DNA of 55,112 nt, the filler included, from an uncultured virus (IMG/VR IMGVR_UViG_3300005239_003333) (Duplodnaviria > Heunggongvirae > Uroviricota > Caudoviricetes). It is 5 parts of one record of this genome, joined end to end, with 100 filler letters (N's around TTAATTAATTAA, not from the genome) between each part and the next. Parts side by side here need not be neighbours in the genome. Positions count along the whole stretch, not along the records: positions 25,724 to 53,101 come from IMGVR_UViG_3300005239_003333; 4 more parts are not named here. The stretch is one strand, 5' to 3'. The notes under the pieces are model-generated. The model did no database searches. It had not been told where the DNA came from and worked only from the letters and a program-made list of their open reading frames with translations. This document shows positions 28,186-41,003 of the stretch, in pieces. How positions within the stretch are numbered: position 1 is the first letter of the stretch; the number at the start of each line of letters is the position of its first letter. Position numbers and translations under genes: made by a program.

Positions 28186-30938
28186 ATGGCGACGTGTTCA
28201 ATAAACAGCAATGAATTAGAAATTATCCTAACAAACGATACTCAAAATACTATTTCAGTAGATTCTGCTATAGAAACATATTCAGATGTATTAGAGTGTA
28301 AAATTCAATCAAAGGATATTATACTTGAAAAAGTAGATAATTCTGTCGTTGTATTAGAGCTTACTATAAACGGTAGTAAATATGTTACTGAAGCTACGTT
28401 AGTTGACGATGAGAATTCTTTCATAAAAATTAATGAAGAAACCTTACATCTAGTAAGAGATAATAAATCAGGCAATAATGTTTTGGAGGAATCTGTCGAG
28501 GAGATAGAGGAGGTAAAAGTTGATGAGCTTACTAAATTTTTAGGGGAGAAGATAGAAGACTTTACGAATCAAAAACTCACTGAAAAGGTAGAAGAAATAA
28601 AAACATTTAGTTCGAATACTTTATATGAAAATCTAGAGACATTTGAAGAGAAGAAAAAGGATCTACTAGAATTAGTTGAAGAGCAGTTTACCAATGTGGT
28701 TGACGGTGTTAAAAGCGATGTTAACAAAAAATTAGATAGGTTTTTTAAGAGAACAGATCTTAATAATAAGACAGCTATTGCTATCGAGACAGATAGACTT
28801 AAAGAAGAAATAACCGAAAAGTATAATTCTTTTCTCGCTGAATTGAATAATAAAAAGAAAAATTTAGAAGAAATTAATGGCGAAAAAGTAAATCAATTAG
28901 TTGAAGATAAGAAAGAAGAAATCACCAACGTCATTAAATTATTTGTCGAGAAGATATATAGCGAATATAAAGAAGAGTTTAATCCTCAACTCAAAAATAT
29001 AATAACTGAAAATAGAGAATTAAACGAAAAGGTTCAACAGTTAGAAGTTATAAAAAAAGATCTTGTAGACAATAAAGTTTATAGTGAAGATATTACAAGA
29101 GCAGAAAATAATTTTAAGAAATTATTAAAAGAGACTAATAAAAAATTTAACAAGGTAAATGAAAAATTAAATTTAATATCTAAAAAAGATAATACTAGAT
29201 ATAACTCTCTTCTGGCGGCGATTAATGATACAGATACAAAAGAATATGAAACTATTTTAAATAACAAAATAGAGCAAGCAGAGCTAGGTCAGATAAAGGA
29301 AGAACTTGAACAGTCAATTACTAGTAATATGCGAAGTGAAGTTACTTCACTTAAAAGATATGTTGAGATGAGCTCTGGCGGCGGCACCAATTCTAAGCAA
29401 TATGCTAATGGTGGTACAATGAACGGTGATTTACATGTAACAGGTACAGTTACAGCCGGCACTCTTCTATCTGCTACTCAAGTAGATTTTGTGAGAGAAA
29501 CAACCGGGTTTAGTGTTGACGGAAATATTGCAGCAAGTGGTAATATATCTAGCGGTAGTTTAACTACACCTGCTTTATCTACAGATGGTATTAATACAGA
29601 ATTTACCGGAAACGCTACAATTAATGGTAAAATACTCGGGGGTAACAATGCTCAGTTTTTACCTGGTGATACTACTTACTCAGTAATATTGGGAGGTACT
29701 ACCAATGTAGTATCTGGTTCAGCAGCTTCAATAGTAGGAGGTATATGTAATACGGTTAGTGGTAACCTCGCTTCAATCTTGGGTGGTAAATGTAATACAG
29801 CTAGCGGGTGTAGAACAGTAATAACTGGAGGTAGTTGTAATATAGCTCACGGTAATAGAACATTTGTCGGTGGTGGTTCGATTAATGCACTAAGCGGTAA
29901 TTGTTCGGCTATTGTAGGGGGGTTACGTAATACAGTAACCGGAGATTACTCATCTATTGTAGGAGGGTTAAGTAGTAAAGCTATCGGCAATCACTCATTT
30001 ATAGGAGGAGGTAATAATAATAAAGCTTGCGGTGTTAGATCAACTATCGGAGGAGGTTCTATTAATATAGCTTCCGGTGACTGTACAACTATCTTCGGTG
30101 GTAAAAATAACGTAGCCAGCGGAAATCAAGCTGGAATTTTAGGCGGTACATCAAACACCGCATCCCATGGTAATTCATTTATTATTGGTGATGGTCTTAC
30201 ATCTGCACAAATTTGTACACGTTCGTTAACAATTTAAGCGCACAATGCTCACTTTATGCAGGTAATGGAGCCACAATTCAAGGTAATATAACATCTAGCG
30301 GAACTATTAAATCTACTGCATACGAAGGTGCTGATTTTCCAGACACTACATCAGTGAGAACAACTGCCGCCTTTAAAGATGACGGTACAATGGTTCAAGA
30401 CGAAAAAGTTATTGTAGTAAAAGTTAGTGGTGCTCGAGCACAAGCAATGACTACAACCGAATCTTCATATCTTGAGCTAATACCTGCTCCTGGTGCGAAT
30501 AAAGTACTTGTCATAAGAGAACTTGAAATATTTATTGATAGAGGCACATGGACGCCAATGAGTGGCGGTACTCTTAGAGGTTGGGGCAATAATTTGCAAC
30601 TAGTAATTGAAACTCCAGCAAATACAGTTTCAGGGTACGGAGATTCCGGTAAGTATAACACGTTCGCCACTTTGCAAAAGAAATTTTTAAACCATACTTT
30701 TAATACTGGTGTGTTTGTTGCAGCCGGCGCAGTCGATACTATTATTGTAAGAGATGCTCCCGCTACTCAAACACGAGCTTATCCTAACAAACCATTATTA
30801 CTTAGACCAGAAGGTACAAATACCTATTCCAATTTTGCTACTTATAGTCAAACATGTGACGATGATTACTATTTCAGAATCACTTATAAGATAATGGATA
30901 TGACTAGTGACTTTACTGCTAATACCTCAATCACATAG
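28186..30938 (+). CDS. long fibre/adhesin-like virion protein, split by a 1-nt frameshift at ~30217
   Basis: Coiled-coil N-terminus, ANGGTMNGDLHVTG hinge, 14-aa S.I.GG..N.ASG repeats; paralogue reads ICTTFVNNLSAQCSLYAG across the break; TATAAATA promoter. Confidence 0.7.
29611..30262 (+). repeat. cassette shared with 34641-35339
   Basis: Near-identical DNA from AACGCTACAATTAATGGTAAAATA to TCACTTTATGCAGGT; second copy has one extra 14-aa unit. Confidence 0.9.
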
Positions 30939-30974
30939 GAGTTTAATTTTAAGTTTAAAGCTATAAATAACTTT

Positions 30975-33900
30975 ATGAGCATGTATTCAATCTTCGGCAC
31001 AAAAATTCAGCCTAAATTTACTAATGATAGTAAGAACATACTTAAGGTTTCTAGTAAGAAAGAGATATTTTTTGATGTATTCGAATGCCAGCTCAATGGT
31101 AAAAACATAGTAGTTGAAAAAACTGGGCAGTATGAAAACACTCCAATAGTAAAATTTGAAATAAAGGATGAAGGTAAAGTGTTTAACTGCGAAGCTTTAT
31201 TGGTAATTGATAAGGAAAATGACCTATATCTTAATGAAAATAATTTAGAGTTCTCGAAAAATATTAAAGTACCTATAGTAGAGAAAACTATAGTAGAAGA
31301 AGTAAAAAAGATTGTACCCACCGATATATTACATGAAGAAAGAGTTCAAAATATATCAGATAAGATAGTAGCGGAAAGCGAAGAGAAGGCTAAACTAATA
31401 CACGAAGCTAAGCTTAAAGAATATGAATTAAAGCAAGAACAAATTATCGAGCAGTCTGAAAATTATCTTAATGGTAAATTTGATGATTATATAAAGGAAA
31501 ATATTCACACCTTGGTAACTGATTCTAATTTAGTGTATGATAAGCTAGTTGAAAATCTTAATAACTTAAATGATGGTGAAATAAAAGATATTCTAGGAGA
31601 AAGAATAAAAAGTATTAACGAAGAGCTAAACCATCAACTTAAAAATGAAGTTACTTCTATGAAGAAGTATGTTGAAATGAGTTCCGGCGGTGGTGGTACC
31701 AACTCTAAACAATATGCTAATGGTGGTACGATGAACGGCGATCTACATGTAACAGGCAAAGTAACAGCTGGTGCTATTGCAGGTGCGACAGAATTAAATG
31801 GTGGTACTATTGACGGAGACTTAACTGTAACTGGCAGTATTAGCGCTGATACTATTATTGCTACCACTCTTCTTAGCGCGAACGAAGTAGATTTTGCAAC
31901 AGAGACAAATAGTTTTACAGTTAGTGGCGACTTTCAAGTTGGTAATAGTGGAGATTCAGCAACTACTACTAATACAAGATTATACGGGCAGACCCAGCAT
32001 AATGGGCGCTTTATAGCTTATAATGATGTACTTTTTGATTATGGTACCTTTTTCCTAGATGCTAGCGAGAATAAAGTAGCTTTCGGTACTCAAGCAACGA
32101 GTAATATGGTAGGTAAGGTAACGATTCATGGTACAGACAAATCTGGAGGGTTATCTTTTAGTCATACCCAAGGAGGTAGTTTTGCGGACCATGTCAATAT
32201 GTACTACCAGGGCGCTGATACAGGTTCGCCGTTTTTAATAAGCCGTGAAGATACTGGAGGCGCTGAAATTGTATTATTCAATAGTGGGGATATTAATCTT
32301 AATGGTGGGTATGGCGGTCAAACAGATTCAAGTTCGTCAGCGAAGACTCTAGACGGAGTTGGTATCGGTGTTAACGCTTCTGCTGTTACCGGAGCTAAAC
32401 CTCAAAATAAATTACATATATATGAATCTCTCGGTTCGATATACAATAATAACGATGACTACACCGCTACCCCATACCTTCAAAACGCACAAGTCCAAAT
32501 CCAAGCAACTGACAAGACTAATAACCCGACTCAGAGCTTCGGTCAATCAAAACAAAGAAGGTTATATTTAGGTGGTGATAATATCTATGCTAATGAATTA
32601 ACTATAGGCACTAATTCCAACGGCATTGATCAAAATGACCAGTACAGTACTAGTACTGCACTAACTAAAAATCCGATTAATTTTAGATCTAGAAATACTT
32701 TAGCTCTTAGAGTTTATGACGGTAAAATTGAAGCCATAGGCTCTTCTAATACAAACGGGGCAGTTACTTCTGAATGGGTTGCAACAAATTTTTCTAACTC
32801 CGACAACCATAAAGAAATAACATCTATTCAATCCCGTGTTAAAACATCAGATAGTAATGCTCAAGACGATTCAGGAGGTCATTTAGTATTTCAAACAAAG
32901 CCCGACGGAGGTTATCCAGCAGCTGATCGAATGATTATTACCAGTACCGGTAATGTAGGTATAGGTACCAGTAATAATAGCGCGAATGGAAAGCTTCACG
33001 TTAAGAATGGTAGCGATCATTTACTCGTGGTTAAAACAACTGGCGAAGTTGGTATCGGTACAGCTTCACCTGCTGAAGCATTAGATGTTGTAGGAAATAT
33101 TAAAGCAAGTGGAAGTTCAGTTTTACAGAGTGATGTAATTATAGGCGTTAATTCGACTTCAACTGAAATATCCGCAGGTACCGATACACGATTTAGCTCT
33201 TTTGTTGAAATTAAAAATGGTAATTCTACAAACACTAGTGATCTAGGAACTGGTGGACAATCACGACTTCACATGGTTGGCGAAAATACTGGTGATGGCG
33301 TTGGAGCTATTGCGTTTTTCAAAACAGGTGAAAACGCATTTGCTGGTATACATGGGTTTAACACCGGTGTAGGTGCAGGTAATTTGCAATTTAAAACAGA
33401 CGATGGTACTACACACAGTACTAAAATGATTATTGAAAGTGGTGGTAATGTAGGTATAGGGACTTCAACTNNNNNNNNNNNNNNNNNNNNTTTTATTACT
33501 GCTAATCAAGATAGTGATTCAAGTGGAGACCATCATTTTATTTTAGACAGAGTTTTTGGCGGAACTGGAGCTAATGATTTTGAAATAAGAAAAGACGGCA
33601 CCGCACAAGTTACTGTTGATACTGATGGTAATGTTGGTATAGGAACTACAACACCCGATAAAATGTTTGTAGTTTCTGGTGCAGATGCCGAAATTGTTAT
33701 AAACGATACAAATTCTACTCCACTGATTAGACTTAGAGAAAATGGAAGCACGAAGTCAGAGATAAAAACTTCAAGCGGATCATTAATATTCAGTTCTGGT
33801 GGCACCACTGAAAGAATGAGTATTAACGCTACAGGTGATGTTGGTGTAGGAGTTACTGCTCCTACTAGTAGATTACATGCAAAAAAGACAAGTGGAGGCA

Positions 33901-35339
33901 ATGTTGTTCGTCAACTTCGAGTACACAATGATTCGACAAGCGCTGGTACTGGTACAGGTATAGCATTTACTAATAGCACATCTGAAACTTTCGAAAGCGC
34001 GACTATAGATTCTGTTAGAGCTACTAGCAACGCGGATGGCAATTTAGTATTCTCTACCGCCTCTTCCGCAAGCTCAGGCCCCATTGAAAGAATGCGTATT
34101 AACCCTACAGGCGAAGTTGGTATTGGTAAGACTGCTACTACAGGGGTTGAATTAGATGTTAGTGGCGATATTGCAGCAAGCGGTTCATTAAGTGCCGTCG
34201 GTTCTAATCCTAATTACTTTGCTGGTAACGTTGGAATAGGGACTTCAACTCCTGATTCTTTACTACATGTTTCATCAGAAACAACTGGAGATGCAAAAAT
34301 AATTATAGAAGCTGATACAGATAACAATAATGAAGATGATAATCCATTTATTATTTTTCGTAAAGATGGAGGTTTAGAAGAGTCAGCTATTTGGAGCGGA
34401 TCTGTTGATGGTAGTGGAACTGAAAATGATAACTCTCTTAATCTTGTTAATGCAACAAGAGGTATAAGTGCTCCGCGTGGAGGTATTAAATTTTTAACTA
34501 CGGATAGTGCAACTGAAAATCCTGAAAGATACCCAGATGCAGTTGAAAGAATGACTATTACACCCGCGGGTAACGTTGGTATAGGAACTACAACACCGTC
34601 TGAAGCATTAACTGTTGTAGGTAATATATCAGGTACTAGTAACGCTACAATTAATGGTAAAATACTTGGAGGTAACAATGCTCAGTTTTTACCTGGTGAT
34701 ACTACTTACTCAGTAATATTGGGAGGTACTACTAATACTGTGAGCGGTTCAGCTGCTGCAATAGTAGGAGGTATATGTAATACAGTTAGTGGTCACCTCG
34801 CTTCAATTTTAGGTGGTAAATGCAATACAGCTAGTGGTTGTAGAACAGTAATAACTGGAGGTAGTTGTAATATAGCTCACGGCAATAGGACGTTTGTTGG
34901 TGGTGGTTCAATTAATGCACTTAGCGGTAATTGTTCGGCCATCGTCGGCGGTTTGCGTAATACAGTAAGCGGAGATTACTCATCTATTGTGGGAGGTTTA
35001 AGTAGTAAAGCTATCGGCAATCACTCATTTATCGGGGGAGGCAATAATAATATAGCTTGCGGTGTTAGATCAACTATCGGTGGAGGTGCTTTTAATACAG
35101 CTTCCGGTGACTGTTCAACTATCGTAGGTGGTAAAAATAATACCACCTCTGGCAACTGTACAATTATCGGAGGTGGTGAATCTAATGTAGCCAGCGGAAA
35201 TCAAGCTGGAATTTTAGGCGGTACATCAAACACCGCATCCCATGGTAATTCTTTTATTATTGGCGATAGCCTTACATCTTCACAAATTTGTACAACGTTC
35301 GTTAACAATTTAAGTGCGCAATGCTCACTTTATGCAGGT
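30975..35339 (+). CDS. long tail fibre-like protein (N gaps, 3' end unresolved)
   Basis: Repeated ERM.I...GNVGIGT..P fibre motifs plus the same hinge and 14-aa repeat cassette; TATAAATA at 30963. Confidence 0.8.
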
Positions 35340-35359
35340 NNNNNNNNNNNNNNNNNNNN

Positions 35360-35835
35360 AAGAGTATCCAATTCTAAAATTTAGTCCCAATACAATGACT
35401 AATAGCAACGCTATATATAGACTGATGTTCGGTAATAGAAGTTTAAAAACTATAACATTTTCAGGGTTTGATGTCGATGAAACTTTTGGAAATGGTGAGT
35501 ACTATCAAATGTTTTATCAAAATTATTTACTAAGCAAAATAGTCGGATTACCTTTTAACGCAGCAAATGACAGCGGAGATTATTCTGGTTTATTTAGTAA
35601 CGCTTATAATGTAGCTCATTTTGAATTTCCAGGGTTATCATCTGATCAAACCGGCTTTAGTCAAAATATTAGTCTAAGATACTGTCCACTAGACTTGGCT
35701 AATATAGAAAATATATTTAGATATCTTATACCTGGTTCAAAAACCATAACTTTAACCAACAACAATTTTGCTGATAATATACCAGCAGAAGTAGAAGCTA
35801 TTGCAACTGATAAAGGCTGGACTGTAACGCATTAA
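35360..35835 (+). CDS. C-terminal part of LRR/BspA-like surface protein (5' in gap)
   Basis: MF....L..I repeats ending AIATDKGWTV. Confidence 0.5.
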
Positions 35836-35850
35836 TTTATATATAATAAT

Positions 35851-36159
35851 ATGAGCACAGAAACTATTAGTCCAAGTACATTTGAAGGGTTTTATATGAA
35901 AGATGGTCCTAGTCCTAGGACAGGTAGAATAATGCTATTCCATGCTAAAAAGGCAATAAAATTCCCTGACGGTAATTCACTATTAAGAGCTAATTATGAA
36001 TCGTATACTTACCCAGTTAGCGGTTGGACTTGGTTTGATAGTTTATCCGATGCTTGTAATGATTATGGTCTTGATATAGAAAAGTATGAAGAAGAGATTT
36101 ACGGACCATATTACACAATATTAACTGGTAAAGAGCCAGGGGAAGAATTAATGGAGTGA
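35851..36159 (+). CDS. hypothetical protein (fibre-associated)
   Basis: YTYPVSGWTWFDS motif; follows fibre genes. Confidence 0.55.
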   Translation: MSTETISPSTFEGFYMKDGPSPRTGRIMLFHAKKAIKFPDGNSLLRANYESYTYPVSGWTWFDSLSDACNDYGLDIEKYEEEIYGPYYTILTGKEPGEELME

Positions 36160-36419
36160 AGATGTTAATTATAGGATGGTTCTACACTATATGCTTTGCT
36201 ATCTGTTATATTCCGCAAATAACTAAAAGTATACGTACAAAAAAAGTAGATGATGTTAGCGTCTCTCTTTTTGTACTATCACTACTCGGATATATAGCAG
36301 CGCTGTTATATACGCTGGGAGACATAGGGTTTAATGCTGTATTAGTAACTAACTATATAATTGGTGCTATTTGTAGTTTAATTATGATTATTACATATTT
36401 ACGCTACCGAGAAAAATAA
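36156..36419 (+). CDS. PQ-loop / SemiSWEET-type 3TM transporter
   Basis: 87 aa, three TMs, YIPQI.KS.RTKK.DDVS, conserved N in TM3. Confidence 0.85.
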   Translation: MKMLIIGWFYTICFAICYIPQITKSIRTKKVDDVSVSLFVLSLLGYIAALLYTLGDIGFNAVLVTNYIIGAICSLIMIITYLRYREK

Positions 36420-36427
36420 ATATAAAT

Positions 36428-36607
36428 GTGGAGGACGGGTTTAAAAAATCTAAAGTATATATAATTTACCGCCAAGAACAGGAGGAAATAAATAAATTAA
36501 AATGGATAGAATCCGAAAAAGAAGGCCGCGATATTGGAAAACATAAAGCGGTTTTTTTATGGACGCGTTACCACCGCGATAAATGGTTAAAAGAATTTAA
36601 CGAGTGA
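36428..36607 (+). CDS. second DUF4032-like protein (59 aa, GTG start)
   Basis: Manual: VEDGFKKSKVYIIYRQEQEEINKLKWIESEKEGRDIGKHKAVFLWTRYHRDKWLKEFNE; TATAAAT directly upstream. Confidence 0.7.
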   Translation: MEDGFKKSKVYIIYRQEQEEINKLKWIESEKEGRDIGKHKAVFLWTRYHRDKWLKEFNE

Positions 36608-36998
36608 GCTGCATTTGACTTCTGAGAAACTCTATATCCTTCTTTATTGAAGTTATTTCTCTTTCTAGTTCTACCATATTTTTTGTTATAACAATCTGAC
36701 CGTCGTTAGTAATAAGCTTAGATATTAAATCTTCCATGCGCTCTATTAATGGTAATATCTTAGCTGTATCACCTTGAATATTTGTAACGGCCCATTTAAG
36801 AGCCTGCGTTTCAGTTTCAAGACTATCTATCTTTAACATAATAATCTGCCTATCTTTTTCGTAAAGTTCAGTACTTACGTAATTACTATTAAGCCATAAA
36901 GCTAGTGTAGCTGCAACTAGTGCTGCAATGAACGGCGCTACCTTAAAATCGCCGAATAATTCGAATAGGGAACTAATGTTTTTCATAGGAATATACAA
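36597..36998 (-). CDS. single-TM coiled-coil membrane protein
   Basis: One TM followed by heptad repeats. Confidence 0.55.
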   Translation of the reverse strand: MYIPMKNISSLFELFGDFKVAPFIAALVAATLALWLNSNYVSTELYEKDRQIIMLKIDSLETETQALKWAVTNIQGDTAKILPLIERMEDLISKLITNDGQIVITKNMVELEREITSIKKDIEFLRSQMQLTR

Positions 36999-37049
36999 TA
37001 AGTATTTATGCCTAGATCAAGTTAAATTGTATATAAAAGTTCAATTATT

Positions 37050-39290
37050 TTACTTCTTTTCGTTATGAGTAGCTTCAGCAACTTTTCTAGATGTACCAGC
37101 GTTTAGATCAGCTGCAGCTGTCGGACATCTACATTACCATCTTTTAATGTCAACGGTAAATTTGCAAACCAATGTTCATGAGAATCGACAATATCACTAC
37201 CCCCATTAATAACTGATATGGTCACGTTAGAGAAACTTACAGTTTGACTAGTGTTATCCACCGTACCAGTACCGTTAATAGATGCAGTCCATGACGCACT
37301 ATCTCTCAAACCTACTTGCGTGGCTTCTGTCCTTTGATATTCTCTAGGTGCTGTAACATGCTGTAAATACGTTTCACCTTCAACATGTAACCCACCTCCA
37401 ATAATAACATTTTTATTAACACCTAAATTATCATCTATATAAATCTGTCTTTGCCTTTTATTTCTAAGCCTTAATATTTCGGCACTTATATTAATAGTTT
37501 TTGCATCTATATTAATTTCATTTTCAGATGCTACATTTACCTGCTCACCAGTAACGTTAGTTACTGTACCTGTTATATTTGTAGGGCCGTAGGATTTAAG
37601 ATTCAACCCACCGGCACCAACCATTACGTTATATCTATTACACACATTTAATGTAGAGGTACCGCCTGGTAAATCTTGAACATGTACATATTCAACTAAA
37701 GGGCTTTCAATTTTATTAACATATACAACATCTCGATCCACCAAAACCTCGTTACTTAAAAGCTTACCAGCATTATCAAATCTGATACTACCAAAATCGT
37801 TCATTAGCATTCCGATAGTTTCTATTTTATGTTTAGTAATTTGAGTAATTTCGCTGCCTCCAATACCTAATTCTTGCTCTATTGCTGTTAATTCTGGTAA
37901 GCTAGCCTCTATTAGCTCTTTAAGCTTATCTTTTCTATCATCTACAAACCAATTACCATCTTTTGTTGATAAGCTCTTACCACCACCGTTAACGAATGTT
38001 TTACCGCTTTGATTTAACCATCTATCTGCATTTGCTGTTCTTGCTGAAGCTCCAGTTTTAGCTGATGTATCATCAGAAGCAATTTCAATTAGCGGCGTCG
38101 ACGGTACACTATTACTGTTATTTTGTAATGCACTATACGTGGTAGTACCGTCAGTTACAGGGTAACTAGCAAACGAACCGTCTTGCTCTTGGAGTAAACT
38201 ATTACGCTTTAAGATTGTAATACCATTAGAGTCCTTTACGCTATTATCTCCGGTTCGTTTTATTTCAAAGAGTTGTTTAAACTCTTGTATACCTGCTACG
38301 AGATCCTTCCATTTTTTAAAATACTCTTCATTTAATGAACCTACTTTTTTGTATTTATCTCTATATACTATCTCGTCTAAATTTTTACCGGTATATTCAT
38401 TCTTAAACCCTCTAACAGTATCATATGAATCATTAAGAGTTAGACCTTGTTTATTTTTAGCGTTAAGTTCGATACTAGTTTGATTATTCATCTCTTTAAA
38501 CGAACCAGAGTAATGTGTCAATCTAACCTTTTCATTTAAATCACTGTTAACAAATTCTAACGTACCGCCTTTTTGATTAATAACATACTTATTCCTGTAA
38601 TTATCGACATTATTATTATATTCAGTTATACTAGCATTTTTATTTTCATATGTACCGGGGTAATCTAAACCTGGTTCGTTTTGCGATTCATATATACCTT
38701 GCCAATCTGATTGACCGAAGCTAGCAGCAAAATAAACCGGGAAGTTTGGATTACCTTCCCTAAAAAATATCCAAACGTGTGCACCAACAGACGGTACGCA
38801 AAATGCGCCTTTAGCTTCATTAGAATAACCATTAGCTTATACTCGTATGATAGCGGATTAGTCTATTTACATTCTCTGATGCGTTAGTAAAAGCGTCTGT
38901 AACACGTGTTGTTTCGTCATAAAAGTTACTAGGTGCAGCTCCCTCCCCTGTTAGAGCAGAAGTTGCACTTGTTATAGTATCTAAGAAGTTACTATCTGAT
39001 ACACTACCTGTTAGATTAAAATTATTAAACCTACCACTAGAGCTTTCACCGACTAAAGGAGCTGCGCAATCAGCCCATGGTGTTATCTTTTTTAAATCAT
39101 CTAAAACCTCAGTCAAATCTTCATTTATATTATTACCTATAAATTTTACAGTTTTATTTTTACCCTTACCCACCCAATTATTATAAATTGTTGAAGATAT
39201 ATGAGGTATAAATATTTTTATCTTACCAGCCTTTTCGGGGTCATTATTTTGAATAACTATACCTATATGATTACCGTAGTATTTTTTCAT
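37050..39290 (-). CDS. gp5: baseplate hub/spike gp5-like protein (frameshifts at ~38850 and ~37120)
   Basis: OB-fold start YYG.HIG.V..N.DP...G.IK..IP, W; other frame continues VPSVGAHVWIFF.EGNPNFPVYF; beta-helix and C-terminal H.H (SHEHWF). Confidence 0.75.
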
Positions 39291-39303
39291 CGTATACTAT
39301 TAT

Positions 39304-40168
39304 TTAAATAAAAATATTTTTTTTATCAACAAGCTCGTTTAAGGAATCTACTGATTTTGTTTGAGCCGCTACTACATCGGCGTCTGTTACCCCTCTCTCA
39401 GCAGCAGCTTTTGCATTAGCAACAACATCACTTGTTATACTCTCTACAGCTTCAAGCTGCTTAGATGCATCGAGATTAAAATCTCTTAATTGAGTATTTG
39501 ATATATTCCCAACACTCAACTTAACATCATCAAACATATTTCCTTGAAAATTTGAAAGCTCATTTGTAGATACCTTTTCTAGATCTATATCGGCCAATTG
39601 ATTATCAACATTAATCTCTTTTTTTAATCTTTCAGCATTTAATTTACTCTTTATATCGCTTAAAGAACTTAGATAATCAGTATTANNNNNNNNNNNNNNN
39701 NNNNNAATTAAAATCTCTTAACTGCGTATTTGATATACCATCAACGCCCGCTTTAACATTTTCAAACATATTACCTTGAAATTTAGATAATTCAGCGGTT
39801 GATACTTTACTAGTATCAATACTATCGAGTTGAGTATCGAAATTTATTTCCTTCTTTACCTTTTCAACGTTTAACTTATTCTGTACATCCCCTAAAGATG
39901 TGAGAGTTGTATCTAATTCCCCTTTCAACTGATCCGTATAAACAGTTTTATCTAAACTAGAAATTTTAATTTCTGGAACGGCACCGGTTTTTATATTTTT
40001 AAAATTCTCTACAGAGTTACTTACCTTATCTTTAATCTGCGCCGCTGAATTATTAATAGTATTATTGATCTCTAATGTTTTAATTTTAGGAGATTTATTA
40101 CCTATAATCGAAGGGTTAATTTTCTTTAACCCTGTGGATAGAGAGTCAGAATTAAATGATGTGGGCAT
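39304..40168 (-). CDS. hypothetical late protein spanning a 20-N gap; ~70-aa segment duplicated
   Basis: KVST.ELS.FQGNMF..VK..V..ISNTQLRDFN occurs on both sides of the gap. Confidence 0.55.
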
Positions 40169-40180
40169 ATAATTATTTAC

Positions 40181-40208
40181 TTGATAATCACTGTTTATAT
40201 ACTATAAT
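40181..40208 (+). promoter_or_regulatory. sigma70-type promoter, leaderless
   Basis: TTGATA-16-TATAAT, ATG 6 nt downstream. Confidence 0.7.
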
Positions 40209-40214
40209 CGATGT

Positions 40215-41003
40215 ATGTTAGTATCTCATGAAAGTCCAATTAGTATATTAGGTGAATCGCGGGATTATAATGATTACGATTATGCGTTAGTGCATTTATT
40301 TGAAACGCATCCGAGTTATTATAATTTCTTTAAACATAGTATAAGTCTCGATAGAGAAGTTTTACTAGATAATAGTATTTTTGAATTAGGCGAATCGTTT
40401 GATTCGGGTAAGTTTGCAAAATATGTAAAGGAATTGAAACCTACGTATTATATTGTACCGGATGTCTTAGAAGATGGTTATCAAACGATTCAACAGTTTA
40501 TAGATTTTAATAAAGAGCATGAAGATCTACCTGGTCTGCAGATTGGAGTCGTGCAAGGTAAGTCATATGACGAGCTGGTCGAATGTTATAAATTTATGTC
40601 AGATCACGCTGATTATATTGCAATTAGTTTTGACTACAGTTATTATATAACAACTGGTAGAGGTAAGAATACACTTGAAAGATGGTGTGATGGTCGTCGT
40701 AAATTTATAGATGATCTTAAAAGAGATGGTATATGGAATAATAATAAACCGCATCACCTTCTAGGATGCTCATTAGCTAAGGAATTCGGACATTATGCAG
40801 ATGATAGAAGTATTAGAACTGTTGATACATCTAACCCGGTTGTCGCTGGTATTAAGGAACTTAAGTATAATGGTGATCTAGGTTTAAAAGAAAAGCCTTC
40901 TATCAAGCTTGCTGATTTAATAGATCATGAAGTTACTGATACACAGATAGAACATATAGATTATAACGTGATTAACTTTAAAAAAATAATTAACAGATGG
41001 TAA
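40215..41003 (+). CDS. TGT/DpdA-like guanine transglycosylase-fold protein
   Basis: LLDNSIFE, PDVL, GVVQG, HHLLG, DTSNP motifs in TGT-barrel order; upstream of queF. Confidence 0.7.
   Translation: MLVSHESPISILGESRDYNDYDYALVHLFETHPSYYNFFKHSISLDREVLLDNSIFELGESFDSGKFAKYVKELKPTYYIVPDVLEDGYQTIQQFIDFNKEHEDLPGLQIGVVQGKSYDELVECYKFMSDHADYIAISFDYSYYITTGRGKNTLERWCDGRRKFIDDLKRDGIWNNNKPHHLLGCSLAKEFGHYADDRSIRTVDTSNPVVAGIKELKYNGDLGLKEKPSIKLADLIDHEVTDTQIEHIDYNVINFKKIINRW

Noticed and set aside
29611..35339. Diversity-generating retroelement TR/VR pair
   Set aside because: Differences are mostly synonymous and not adenine-restricted; no reverse transcriptase in the window
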